Shown here: positions 13,781 through 27,599 of the stretch, in pieces
Layout of the letters: each line of letters opens with the position of its first letter
How positions within the stretch are numbered: position 1 is the stretch's first letter
Origin: Octopus sinensis
Taxonomy: Eukaryota
Direction: 5' to 3'
Length of the DNA stretch: 64,000 bases
Assembly (NCBI RefSeq): GCF_006345805.1
Contig: NC_043004.1
Coordinates: 44,702,001 to 44,766,000 of the forward strand
The notes under the pieces: model-generated
The model's input: the letters and a program-made list of their open reading frames with translations, nothing else
Databases searched by the model: none
Told to the model about the DNA's origin: nothing
Made by a program: the position numbers and the translations under genes

Positions 13781-14028
13781 TGTATATATATATATATATA
13801 TACAGAGAGAGAGAGAGAGAGAGAGATTATTTATTCACACACGACAGATGTCCAAAGGCAACCTGGAGGTATGTTTAATACAACTACTGGTTAGTAAAGG
13901 GTAAATTTGAAGGTGGACGATCTTTATGTCCTCTACTACGTCCTTAACAGAATATACCATGTTTATATATGGGTGTGTATATATATATATATAATATCAT
14001 ATAAAATCTATCTATCTATATATATATA

Positions 14029-14062
<34 letters not shown>

Positions 14063-14139
14063 TACACAATACACACATACATACTTATATGTTTATATAT
14101 ATTATATACAATGTTTATGTATATATGTATATGTATATA

Positions 14140-14290
<151 letters not shown>

Positions 14291-14511
14291 ATATTATACA
14301 TAAATCAAATGTGTGTGTGTGTGTTCATACATTCTTCAGTTACAGTCTGGGGGTCTAGTGGGTATCAAATGGCATTCAACTATTAGAGTTTGATTCGTGC
14401 TGTTCATTTCGTACATTGTATTAAGAACAATGAATGGCGAGCAAGTATGTTACTCGCGCAAGGCATTAACAATTTCAATGTACATATAACAGTAATTATT
14501 TCTCCGATGTC

Positions 14512-14641
<130 letters not shown>

Positions 14642-15517
14642 CGTATGTATATATATATGCATATATATATATATATATATATATACATACATACATACAT
14701 ACATATATATATATATACCTATACATATATACAGATATGCGTATTCATACACATACATGTATTAATATATATTTATATATATATATGCGTACGTGTGCGC
14801 GTGTATATATACATAATTACATATCTATATATATATATATATATACATATTATATTGTATTTCTGTTTCTATATTTGTGTGTTGGCATGACTTGTGTGCT
14901 TGTTCGTGTACTACGTATATATGCGTGTATGGAAGTGTTTCTCTGGAATTACTTGTGTACGCATACATATATCTAGTGTAACTCTGCGATAGTGTATGCA
15001 CTGTTTTGTGAATGAGTGCGTATAATTGTTTGTTTACTTCTTTTTCATTTAATGTATATCATGTTATGTGATTGAGCATTCGTGAATGACGCACGTGCTT
15101 TATATGTTTGTGTATTCATGAATACATTCCTGCGTGTTTTATCGCCAGCAATTGTATATGTCTGTGTGAGTGTATATGTCGATGTTTGTCTGTATATAAG
15201 CGTATCTGTACATATGTGTTTATATTTGTGTATGTGAGAGAAGAGACTAGAAAATGAAACATCGTGTTAATTAGAGATTACTTCGTGTTCTTTAGTTTCA
15301 CGTTCATATATAATTGTTTCGCTAACACCATTGTTGCTCTTGAGAAAGCAGTAAACGTCGATATGTATATATGTAACCGCAAAAGACTTGCTCCGCTTCC
15401 TCCCCATTCTCAAAATAAATTAAGTATAGTGATTCCAATAAATAATTATTTTGAAAATAAAACAGAAACCCGCCCGGGATTGCAGAAACTCAAGATTGAA
15501 CAAGAGATGTTTAAAAA

Positions 15518-17242
15518 GTGAGAACAGCAAATGGACGTTTTCTTCTGACTGACACCACTTCTATACATAAGCGTTGGGTAGAACATTTTTCTACACTTTT
15601 GAATAGACTATCATCCTTTGACATGAGGACGATAGAAAAAATCGAACACCTTCCAGTTATAGAAGAGATGGCATTCGAACCAACTCTAAACGACATTTAT
15701 TTAGCTGTGTATAAGCTGAATAACAATAAGTCTCCAGGGTCTGATGGAATCTGTCCAGAAGTCTTGAAATATGAGGGTGACAAAATGCTTGAACTCTTAA
15801 ATATATTCATTTGTCACTGTTGGAGGATTGAGAAAGTGCCTCAAGACTGGATTGATGCCATTTTAGTCTCCTTGTATAAATCGGAGCCAAAGGATATGTG
15901 TGGTAATTTTCGTGGGATTTCATGTTTGTCTGTAGTTGGAAAGATACTTGCCCGCATTTTGTTAGAACGTTTAAATACTTTTATAGTTCCAAACATGGTA
16001 TCTGTGTCTCAGTGTGGTTTTCGTTCCTTCAGGGGAACAGCTGATTGTATCTTTACTGTCAGACAATTACAAGAAAATATTGAACAACAGGGAATGTTTT
16101 TAATCAGACCAGACTGAAATTCAAAACGAAGGTTTTTACTTCACTCAATTGGGAACTTTTGTATGCTGACGATTGCAATCTTGTTAGTCATTTTGAAACA
16201 GGTCTGCAATCTCTTCTATCTACATTTGACTCTGCTTGTGATGATTTTGGATTCACTATCAACTTGAAAAACAAAACAGTTTTAATGCATCAACCTGCGT
16301 ATGGTGCTGTTTGTAAGCCCCCAAATTTTTTGCTTAGGAAAAGTTACACGAGGTTGTCGATTCGTTCGTCTACCTTGGAAGCTCTGTTCAAAACGATGGA
16401 AATCTTGATACAGAAATACAGCTGCGAATTCAAAGGGCAGCAAAAGCATTTGGTGGCTTGGAATCACGTGTTTGGTGCCAGCGGCATATGAACACGAATA
16501 CAAAGCTGGCTCATTACAAATCATTTCTGTTACCGTTCCTGTTGTATTCCTGTGAAACTTAGACTTATGAAAGGCATTTTAAACAGTTAGAATTCTACCA
16601 AAAATGCCTTCATCGCATTTTAAAAATTAAAAGTTTTTTTACTCCAGACACAGATGTCCGTTCATCTGCAGACATCACCTCAATTAAGCCTATAATTTTG
16701 AGGAACCAATTGAGATGGGATGGCCATATTGTTCGAATGGCAGATGAACGCACGCCGAAACACCTGTCTTATGGTGAGCTTGCAGAAGGGGGAAACGCTA
16801 TCGGCGTCAACCTAAAAAAAGCTTTAAGGACGGCGTACTATGAAGTCACTTGGAATGGTTCCAGAAGATATAGAAACCCTTGCTTCTGATCGAGTTGCAT
16901 GGTGAACAAAGGTATGAAGTGGAGTAAGAGCATTTGAAGAGGCCAGGATAACGCAAGTAAGACTCAAAAATAGATCTAAGGAGGAACGTAATGATTGAGA
17001 AGATGAATGACAATGACCTTTTTGTGTGCACAGTGTGTGACAAACCATGCATGTCTTTGGTTGGCCTCAAATCTCACCTGCGAACGCATGGAAAACGAAC
17101 CTCCACCAACTATTCTGTCTATATGTCTGTGCACACCTTTGAATGCAGTGTATGCCAGCAAGATTGTTTTGTGGAAATAGAAGCTTTATGGTATGATGTG
17201 AATATTGCTTCCATAATCAACACACTATTCCACACACGTTAA
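15518..17242 (+). mobile_element. RTE-clade LINE, 5'-truncated, frameshifted, internally deleted
   Basis: NKSPGSDGI, VPQDW, GNFRGISCLSVVGKILAR, QCGFR, YADD, QLRWDGHIVRMADERTPK and a C-terminal C2H2 finger CTVCDKPCMSLVGLKSHLRTH. Confidence 0.95.
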
Positions 17243-17772
17243 AACAAAGAAGGTAGAAAGAAATATTTTTACTAAAAATGCATCGATATTTATAAATACC
17301 TCACAGAAATAAAGATAATGGTCTACTATTGAACTAGGCAATGTAAGTGACTCATTCAATCTTCAGGCTGGAAGGACATAACCTTTTTTTCAAATGGAGT
17401 TAAAATTACAGTCTTGGTTGATTGGCAAAAAAAAAAAAAGATACTCTGAAACTAAAACACTCTGCTTTGTGAGGGAAAGGTTTACCTCTCCTTGAACGGT
17501 TCCTGCTCTGTCTGAGAGTGTTCAGTTTGTATTTTTTGGTGCTCCACTTCTCACTATCGAAACGGAAAACTTCTAATCAAAAGACAGGAAAGAAAAACTC
17601 GACAAAATCAACCTCGTCCTCCACCAATATTATTACCATGCAGTCAATGCCATTAACTCTTCTATGCAAGAATTGGTCTACAGAGTCATCAACGGCATCA
17701 CCATAAAGGAAGCGTTCAGCAAAGAAGAAAATAAATTCTCGGATACGAGATAAAGCTGATGACGATGATATA

Positions 17773-18151
17773 TCTTTATATATAAAAGTGAAGTTGTGTG
17801 TCTGTCTCCTATGATTTAGATTCCTAACTACTCCCACATTTTGCGGTGCAGTTTAACCAAAACCGGGTATCTTATAGTCGTGGTTCATATCGAGCCCTTT
17901 TATGTATTAGCGCGCGTCTACGATGAGTCTACGATTTTAAAAATAATTTACCATCATTTTTTTCCATTTTTATGCATTTTTTTCGCTATTATAAAAATGT
18001 CTACGATAAGTCAACGATTTAAAAAACATTTACCATCATTTTTACCCCATTTTTAATGCATTTATTTGCTATTCTTTGACTATAGCTCTCTAAAAATGCT
18101 TATATAGTTATTTCCCTTACAAACCCGAGCAACGCCGGGCGATACTGCTAG
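17773..18151 (+). mobile_element. Non-autonomous Helitron
   Basis: 5' TCtttatatataaaag, 3' hairpin cccgagcaacgccggg followed by CTAG, inserted between A and T with no TSD. Internal imperfect tandem repeat. Confidence 0.85.
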
Positions 18152-18652
18152 TTATATATATTTAGGTGGAGTATTAGGTTGTACGATTAAGAGAAATAAA
18201 ACACAATATTATGATTATTTTTATTATTGTGTTTATAACCGTAAACCTATATCAGTGACTCAAGTACGTAGACTTTCGTGCCAAAGTATTTGTAAAGAAG
18301 AAGAATATTTCACAAATAGTTTGAAATATCTTTAACAGAGAATCCATCATCCACTCAGTTTGGCCAATCAAGATCTTTATTTTCGAAAATAAATGTTAAT
18401 TACCATGTTCCATCAACAAACTAGCTTATTTTGAAAAATAATTAGTTCTCAAGAACGCTGTTTATTATCAACATTTTTTTTCAAACATTCAAATATTGAA
18501 TTCCTCTCATTTTCTCTTTTCATTCTTTCTATCTTCTTCAGTATCTCCCATCTTCTTACTGGACTTCATAGTTTTACTCACTGCTTCATTCATCCTCTTT
18601 TTTCTCCATTCTTCATTCTTCTTCTTTTACTTTAGTAGTAGTAGTTATAACC

Positions 18653-19038
18653 GTGGAGGCGCAATGTCCCACTGGTTAAGGCAGCGGACTCGCGGTCATA
18701 GGACCGCCGTTTCGATTCCCAGACCGGGCGTTGTGAGTGTTTATTGAGCGAAAACACCTAAAAAGTTGCACAAGGCTCCGGTAGGAGATGGTGGCGAACC
18801 CTGCTGTACTCTTTCACCACAACTTACTCTCTTTCTTTCTTCCTGTTTCGGTTGTACCTGTATTCCAAAGGGTCAGCCTTGTCACACACTGTATCACGTT
18901 GAATCTCCCCGAGAAATGCGTTAAGGGTACACGTGTCTGTGGAGTGCTCAGTCACTTGCACGTTAATTTCACAAGCAGGCTGTTCCGTTGATCGGATCAG
19001 CAGGAACCCTCGTCGTCGTAACCGACGGAGTGCCAACC
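18653..19038 (+). mobile_element. SINE family C, long-tail type
   Basis: Family C head; tail ends ccctcgtcgtcgtaaccgacggagtgcc. Flanking repeat agtagttataa (18640-18650, 19039-19049). Same tail as the copy at 46193. Confidence 0.9.
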
Positions 19039-19075
19039 AGTAGTTATAATCCTAACTATTAGTACTAAAACTACT

Positions 19076-19500
19076 ACTCTTTACTCTTTACTCTTACTTG
19101 TTTCAGTCATTTGACTGCGGCCATGCTGGAGCACCGCCTTTAGTCGAGCAAATCGCCCCCAGGACTTATTTTTTGTTAGCCTAGTACTTATTCTATCGTT
19201 CTCTTTTGCCGAACCGCTAAGTGATGGGGACGTAAACACACCAGCATCGGTTGTCAAGCAATGCTAGGGGGACAAACACAGACACACAAACACACACACA
19301 CATATATATATATACATATATATATATATACATATATACGACAGCTTCTTTCAGTTTCCGTCTATCAAATCCACTCACAAGGCATTGGTCGGCCTGGGGC
19401 TATAGCAGAAGACACTTGCCCAATTGCCACGCAGTGGGACTGAACTTGGAACTATGTGGTTGGTTAGCAAGCTACTTACCACACAGCCACTCCTGCGCCT
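19076..19500 (-). mobile_element. SINE family B, full length
   Basis: Collinear reverse-complement match to 6394-6767. Confidence 0.9.
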
Positions 19501-19786
19501 ACTATTGATGTTGCTTCTTTCTTTTCTTTTTCACCACTGTTTTACTCTCAATAATGTATATGTGTGTGTTAAGGTGGCAAGCTGGAAAAATTGGTATCAT
19601 GCCGGGCAAAATCCTTAGCGGCATTCGACCGTCTTTACATTTTGAGTTCAAATTTCACTGGGACACCAGGTGAGCACTGGTATCCATGTAATCGACTTAC
19701 CCCATCTGCCATGCTTGCTGGTCTTCTGCCAAAATTTGAAAAGCAATGTTGCGTCTGTGTGTATATATGTGTGTAGATATATAAAT

Positions 19787-20024
<238 letters not shown>

Positions 20025-20182
20025 GAATTTAATATCGCTTCTTTAACTTTCTAAGATATCTCAACGCTTCTAAAGCAAACTTGTTTGTTTTATCATTATA
20101 TATATATATATATATATTGATAAAAATGGTAAGACAACAAAAGAATGAAAGATACCTCGATATTATGTAAATAGAGGAATTT

Positions 20183-20455
20183 ATCTGTAAATGTAATATG
20201 TGACAATTATTCGGTAGCCATGATAAAACTCCGAGTTTCGGATGCCGAGGTGGAAAAACACGACGCCATCTCTTCAGTTATCCGGCCATCGGAAAATGAC
20301 CTTTGGTATGAGATGGAAAGCTTTCTTTTACAACATTGTATTTTTCCAATGGCCGGATAACTGAAGAGATGGCGGTGTGGCTTTCCACCTCGGCATCCGG
20401 AACTCGGAGTTTTATCATGGCTACCGAATAATTGCCACATATTACATTTACAGAT
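20183..20455. mobile_element. Fold-back element: ~114-bp inverted arms, each carrying a hammerhead motif
   Basis: Arms 20183-20296 and 20342-20455 with few mismatches, ~45-bp spacer, located between (TA)n tracts. Confidence 0.85.
20217..20287 (-). ncRNA. Type I hammerhead ribozyme motif, intact core
   Basis: Minus strand: gataa-CTGAAGA-gatg...catc-c-GAAACTC-g-GAGT-T-ttatc. Stem I gataa/ttatc, stem III ACUC/GAGU, predicted cleavage after GUU. The mirror copy at 20351-20421 (+) has GAAA changed to GGAA. Confidence 0.7.
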
Positions 20456-20499
20456 GTAAATATATATCTATATATATACATATACTATATATATATATT

Positions 20500-20549
<50 letters not shown>

Positions 20550-20711
20550 TAATAAAGGGTAAAATTAATTAATTAATTAGTAATTAAGCCTCATTCGTAT
20601 GTTTTGAATTCGTTGGTACTGGATGTTGAAAATAGTTTATCTGATGTTAATTGATTCAGATAGGTATGTTCAATTTTTTCAGTGCTCTCTAATTTAAAAT
20701 TATTGAAATCT

Positions 20712-20792
20712 TTGTGCTGATGAAGAGAATGTTAGGATGGAGACGTAATTCTTGCATCTCCATATCTATCTAATTCAGAAACGCGTCCACAA
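20712..20792 (+). ncRNA. Type I hammerhead ribozyme motif (Penelope-like, palindromic stem III)
   Basis: ttgtg-CTGATGA-[long stem II including atggaga/tctccat]-GAAACGCGTC-cacaa. Stem I ttgtg/cacaa, palindrome ACGCGU, GUC triplet. Confidence 0.8.
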
Positions 20793-20999
20793 GTAATCAA
20801 ATGCCGGGTGAACTATCGTTATTTTCCCTCTATGCCTACGTGAACTGTTTTTGAGTATACATAGTCTGGAAGATTCTTCTTATAGTAGAAGAAATAGCTA
20901 AGTTCTTTGGCTGCTATTATTAAAAGTTTGGTATGTGGCGAAGCAAATTTTTTTGCTGAACCCTAATTATAATTATACTCATAATCATATAAAGTAATA

Positions 21000-21070
<71 letters not shown>

Positions 21071-21086
21071 TATATATATATAATGG

Positions 21087-21117
<31 letters not shown>

Positions 21118-21351
21118 GTATATATGTTACATACACTATATATATATATATGTGTGTGGTGTGTGTATATATATAATATGTGTGGCTTATTCCCAATCTT
21201 ACAACCTAAAGGCAGAATATAGACTTCACTAAGTGATACTAAACAATACCAATATTGCTAGAAATAAGAGTAAAAACATCTCAATAGCCACACGAAATGC
21301 TCTATTTTAATGACTGACAAGGGAAGCAAGCTCCCTACAGTAGAGGACAAC

Positions 21352-21394
21352 GCCAGATCATAGATGCTTTCGCATTATATTGCTCATCAGTGGC
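21352..21394 (-). ncRNA. Minimal type I hammerhead motif
   Basis: Minus strand: gcca-CTGATGA-GCA atataa TGC-GAAAGCATCTATGATC-tggc. Stems I and II perfect, one G-A mismatch in stem III, AUC triplet. Lies in a ~220-bp unit between (TA)n arrays. Confidence 0.7.
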
Positions 21395-21475
21395 TCTCAT
21401 ATGTATTATATATATATATATATTCTTTGCTTTATTCTTTTATTTTTTCAGTTAATTTATATATATATATATATA

Positions 21476-21525
<50 letters not shown>

Positions 21526-21649
21526 ATATATGATATATATATATTATATACAAGTATACATATACATACGTTAATACACATACACACATATACAAACACA
21601 CATGTATATATATAAATTTCTATGTATGAGTGATTGATATAAATAATTC

Positions 21650-21960
21650 ATGTATATTTAGTCGAAAAAAATCGACCGCAGGACTTGTTTTCTTAATGCT
21701 AGTGCTCATTCTATCATGGACTTTTGCTGAACCGCTAACTTTAGTGGGCGTAAACACACCGACACCGGTTGTCAGGCGGTGATGCGGGGACAAACACAGA
21801 CATAAAGACACAGACACATAGATGTATGCACATATATTTCTGTCAACTAATTCCACTCACGAAGGTTTGGTCGGCCCGAGGCTATAGTAGAAGAAACACT
21901 TTACCAAGGTGCCACGCAGTGGGACTGAAACCGAAACCATCTGGTTGGGAAGCAAGCTTT
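21650..21960 (-). mobile_element. Diverged SINE family B copy
   Basis: ggtcggcccgaggctatagtagaaga...gtgccacgcagtgggactgaa matches family B. Confidence 0.8.
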
Positions 21961-22174
21961 CTCTTTTTTTTTCTTTTGCAATATCTACAATTGAAAAAGA
22001 AACAGCACTCCTTTGAAATACACACTCAGACATAGTGACATATATAACCACCTATTTACACACACACACACACACACACATGTACAAGCACGCATGCACA
22101 CACACAAACACACACGCACATAGGTACATATGCACAATCTTATGCTCGCCGCAACTAAGAAGCATTTATATATC

Positions 22175-22585
22175 TCTTTTATTCTTTTACTTGTTTCAGT
22201 CATTTGATTGCGGCCATGCTGGAGCACCGCCTTTAATCGAGCAACTCGACCCCGGGACTTATTCTTTGTAAGCCCAGTACTTATTCTATCGGTCTCTTTT
22301 GCCGAACCGCTAAGTAACGGGGACATAAACACACCAGCATCGGTTGTCAAGCAATGCTAGGGGAACAAACACACACACACATACACATATATATATACAT
22401 ATATACATATATACATATATACATATATACGACAGGCTTCTTTCAGTTTCCGTCTACCAAATTCACTCACAAGGCTTTGGTCGGCCCGAGGCTATAGTAG
22501 AAGACACTTGCGCAAGGGTCCACGCAGTGGGACTGAACCCGGAACCATTTGGTTGGTAAACAAGCTACTTACCACACAGCCACAC
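22175..22585 (-). mobile_element. SINE family B, near full length
   Basis: Collinear match to other family B copies. Confidence 0.9.
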
Positions 22586-23617
22586 ATATTCAAACAAGCA
22601 CACGTACACGCAAACAGACCCTTGATCAACACACACAAACGAACGTTGGCACACCCTCGTCAAACTTGGACTTATGTTGTGTGCGTGTGTTTGTCGATAT
22701 GAATGTATGTGAGTGGTTGTGAATGTCTGAATGTGTGTGCATCTGAACATGACCGCATGACTGTATCTACGCGAATGATTGTATGCGTCCTTATAAATGT
22801 GTACGCATAACTTACATTTTATTTTGCACATGTCAAAACAGTGATAACACGTCGCAGCACACAGAAACATACACCCAAACACAGAGACAGACACACACAT
22901 ACTCACAAACTTACAAGTTTAGTAGGTATATCATATACAAAGACACAGACGTACATACAACGTTACGTAGACGCACGTACGCATGCATGCTAATACAAGC
23001 AAGCACAGGTATACACAGAAATGCACATACAAGCGCAAACACACACACCTAAGGAATATATGCACACACAGAACAAAACACACGCGTACACACACACACA
23101 TATACACACATACGTGCTCTCTCGCGCACAAATTATTCTTACTGATAAGAAAATTCAACACAAAATCGCAAACTGGTTCGTTATTAACACTAATTAAAAC
23201 CTTTGACTACTACTGCCACTGATTATGCTGTCTATACAATGAGTGTATGTATATACACATGAGTATATATATGTGTATGTATGCATGTGTATATATATGC
23301 GAATATCTGCATACCTATATGTAGGAATGTACATATCCTAGCATTAAAATGCGCGTTTATATGTTTGCATAAATATATGCATGTACTTATGTATATGTGT
23401 GATGTGATTATGTGTGTCTGTGTGTGCGTGTGTGCATGTGTGTGCGTGTGCGTGTGTATATAGAGCAAAGGAGAGAGATACAGCGAGGGATGTATATGTG
23501 TCTATACTTTGATTTTCTCTCTCTTGCAATAAAGTTTTTTCTGCATCTCATAGTTTTATTTTATACATGCTTGCTTGTCTTATCTTCTTTTAATTGATTA
23601 TACATACATGCATACAT

Positions 23618-23676
<59 letters not shown>

Positions 23677-23836
23677 TAGTTTTATATTTTATAATTCAAA
23701 GATTGTTGATTGACTAATTTTCAGAAACGGAATAGTGTGATCAAGACAAAAGAATTTACATTTACACTCACCGGTATTTGGATGTGAAAGAAAATATTTA
23801 AGATTTGGTGATGATAATAACAACAACAACAATGAT

Positions 23837-23900
<64 letters not shown>

Positions 23901-23926
23901 TGATAATAAAATGATAATAATAATAA

Positions 23927-23961
<35 letters not shown>

Positions 23962-24589
23962 TAATAATGTTGATGATAATGATAACGATAATGATGATAG
24001 CGATAATGATAATACAAAAATACAAGGAAAATATATAAAAAAGAATATATAGAAAAGTTATAATCATTAAAAAAAGTTAAAAATAAATTACTTTTTCCTC
24101 ATTTGTCGCTTATACGTCAAAATAACATTCCTATTTTGAAAGTTAATAGCATCAGATAACTTTTACGTTGGATATTTCTACAAGACGATAATACGCGATA
24201 AAGATCACGAAAGAATAATTAAAACGAAAGATAGAAAGCCAAAAAAAAAAAATAAAAAGTGAGGAAAAAAAATAACGGAAAACAGCGGAGAAGAAAATGC
24301 GGAAAGAAATGAAAGTACGAACGAAAAAGAACCAAAGAAACATAACAAAAAAAAACAAACAAAAGATATAAACAAATCTAAGAAAGTATGATGTAAAGAC
24401 AAAGAAATTTTAACGAAAGAAATAAAAAGCATAAAATATATTTATAAATAAATAAATAAAAACGAGAAGTAACAGATAAAATGAAAGAATGAAAGTTATA
24501 TAATTAGACAAGTATTGAAATTGCGTAGCAATTTAAATTGATTGGTGAAGTCGATTCTTTCTAATGAGATAGCTGCTGCCATTCTGTAT

Positions 24590-24624
<35 letters not shown>

Positions 24625-24636
24625 TTCAATTATTCA

Positions 24637-24671
<35 letters not shown>

Positions 24672-24819
24672 CAACGAATGTGCACATCCGCAAATATGTA
24701 TGTGCATATGCATATAAATATATATCTGTGTTTGTGCATACGTGTGTATATTTTATTTTTGTGTGTACGTGTGTCTGCACCAACACCTAAATGCATATAC
24801 AGATTCACATATATTTACG

Positions 24820-24929
<110 letters not shown>

Positions 24930-25321
24930 ACACCATTCAGTAACAAAATAAACTTTCAGCAGCTGTCGATTTAGACATCTCAGTGATTTCGGCACCTGAC
25001 GATGGTACAGCTGTCTTTAATGGTGCCAACAATTTCATTTTACTGTTTACCGTGATTACTACAGCGGTGTGAACAGTAAAAAGGAGTGAAAGGTAGCTGT
25101 GTATGTATATTATCAAGAGAAAGCACGACAGAAAAGGATCCCAAATATATAAGGAACTAATTCAGTATAACGATCACCAACAATATACTGGACTGTATGT
25201 GTACAATGAAGAAAGATAGAACTTCAAACATATATCAACTGTTCAGATGTTCTGACTGAACAAGAAATAATTGTATAAAATTCCTCATACAATAGAAGCA
25301 GTATCTATTTGAATAACCATC

Positions 25322-25541
25322 TACGAGGGTAGCTGAAAATTTCCTGGCTTTAATGGTATCCTGAAAGGCCTTGTTGGAGACCTATCCACCCGAGCTCTTT
25401 TACAGGACTCAGATAGGCTGAACCACCGTTGCAATAAGTGTGTGAATCTGAGAGGAGAATATGTTGAATAAAATCATAATTAACTGATTCTCCTGCATTT
25501 TCTTTTACCAAAAGCTTGGGACTTTTGTGTACCTCCTTGTA
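25322..25541 (+). mobile_element. Mariner-derived MITE
   Basis: TA-bounded imperfect TIRs tacgagggtagctgaaaatttcctggcttt / aaagcttgggacttttgtgtacctccttgta. Retains transposase C-terminal codons (KCVNLRGEYVE*). Confidence 0.7.
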
Positions 25542-26419
25542 AGTATCGTACTTAAGTAAAATACATCACTGAAAGGCAATTCACTGAGGCATTCGTTCAA
25601 AGATAACCTTTTTTATGGACTTGTTTTTAAAAACCACAGTATATTCCGGGTGGAGACGAAAATCGTTCCAGCAGCGGTTAGTGCAAACGCCAACTGCATT
25701 TATATTTATTTATTACGAAACATCGAAGTTGACGTTAAAGTAAGTACTGAGCAACCATATGGTCAAAACCCATAGGTTTAAATTATAGTCAAGTGAAATG
25801 TTTTAAGGAATGATTTTTATTATTAATAATATTGTTTTTTTTATCATGTGTCGTTTCTGTTACATAAAATGCAAATATGGCTGAATTTTGATGTTTGCCA
25901 TATCTTGCGTAGACAGCTGATATTCATGAATATCTCTTTCTGATTATTTTGTTTCATTTATGCTCTTGAACTTCAGTTGCATTATTCTCACATATACAGT
26001 GAAGGTCCTGAGAATAGCATAGACTCGATACCTCCTCTGAAAAGACGCATTAAACTACTTTTGTTTTTTCATCAGCATTAATACTGCTGCCGCACTTTAT
26101 CATTCTATTACTTGTATTCTCAAGTTTCTCAGCGTATAAACAGTAAAACTAATTACATATGATTCCTATAGGTAGCGTGGCAGTGGGTACAGCGTATACT
26201 TAATCGGCGTTTCGTTAGTTTGGCGTGTTAAGTTCAAATCTTTTGTTGGGTTTAAAGTAAGTAATGGGTAAAGTAGTCATTATTTTAATGGTTTCAGTCA
26301 TGAGACAACAATTGTAATAGGGTCCTTCCTCGAAGGACTTCATTGATCAGATCGCTCCTATTATATATTAAGTCTGGTACTTTTTTTATCAACCTTTATT
26401 TCACTCTCTCCCTATACAA

Positions 26420-27210
26420 TATCAGAGACCTGGGTGTAATTGTTGATGACGATCTCAGTTGGAGTGCACACATCAACAAAAGGTCGATACAGCTCGTAGG
26501 ATGAGTTCCTGGATCTTAAGAACTTTCCGGTCCAGAGAACAAGGTGTCATCATACCACTTTTTTCATCCTTTGTACGGCCACACCTTGAATACTGCTGCC
26601 CACTGTGGTCTCCTCACACAAGACAAAACATCTCCAGAATTGAGTCACCCCAGAGGCTCTCACTAAACAAATTGAAGGCATGGCTGCTCTCGACTATTGG
26701 GATCGCCTTAAAGCCTTGAAACTTTACTCCCTCCAGCGTCGCCGTGAGCGGTACATCATTTGTACGATGTGGAAAATATACCGCTAACTTTGCCCAAACG
26801 ACCTAAACATTAGCTTCAAGGTTCATCCGAGACTTGGACCACGGGCTATACGTCCCCTGCCAAATTCAAGATCACAACATACATGTACACTGCAACATAA
26901 TTTCTTTTCCTCAACAGGCCCTGCCCTATTTAACATTGTCCCGAGGGAGATCAAAGAGGAAAAGGATCCCATCAACTTCAAACAGAGTCTGGATAGATTC
27001 CTTCAAAGAATACCAGACAAGCCACCCATAATTGGATACAACTCACCCAACAAGAACTCACTACTTGAACAAAACTGGATACAACTCACCCAACAAGAAC
27101 TCACTACTTGAACAAAACTTGACTTAAACAGGATTCGAATAATCCTATCAGGTGGTGCTATTAAGTTAGACATGGCCTGGTCGAAACATATCTAAGTTTT
27201 ATCTAAGTTT
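26420..27210 (+). mobile_element. CR1-group LINE 3' fragment
   Basis: RDLGVIVDDDLSW, WILRTFRSRE, FVRPHLEYCCPLWSP, LKLYSLQRRRERY. Ends in repeated tctaagttt. Contains a 43-bp tandem duplication (27033-27075, 27076-27118). Confidence 0.9.
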
Positions 27211-27353
27211 TATATATATACGAGGAAAATGCCCCATCTAATGGATGGTGCTGAGTTATCAAACATTTAAACCAAATTTTCTCAAAACAACTTGTCCGAC
27301 CGTCCCATAGGCCTTCCCTTTGAGAAACACCGATTTAACCTAAATTTGAGACA

Positions 27354-27599
27354 CTAGCAAAAGAAGAAATAAAGATAGACTGTTTTTCTATTCCAAGGAA
27401 AACGATGTTACAAATGCGCGTTCCCACGGCTTTATCGATCGCATTCTCACCTGGAATCGATTTTTGTAATTTTGTCAAGACTCATAACGCCCTGATACCG
27501 TCGGTATCTACATATCAAATTTGAGCGCAATCGGATGGAGGATGCCCAAGATCCTAGAAGATACACACACACACACACAGAACGGATTTTATATAATAG
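27354..27599 (-). mobile_element. Probable non-autonomous Helitron remnant
   Basis: Minus strand starts TCtattatataaaa then (TG)n. CTAG at 27354-27357, but no subterminal hairpin visible. Confidence 0.5.

Noticed and set aside
24991-25027. ggcac-CTGACGA-tggt-acagctgtc...gtgcc hammerhead-like remnant
   Set aside because: No GAAA or stem II, and stem I is not adjacent to the cleavage triplet. At best a deleted relic.
27033-27118. Short direct repeats as a CRISPR-like array
   Set aside because: Simple two-copy tandem duplication inside a LINE; no spacers, no cas genes, eukaryotic context.
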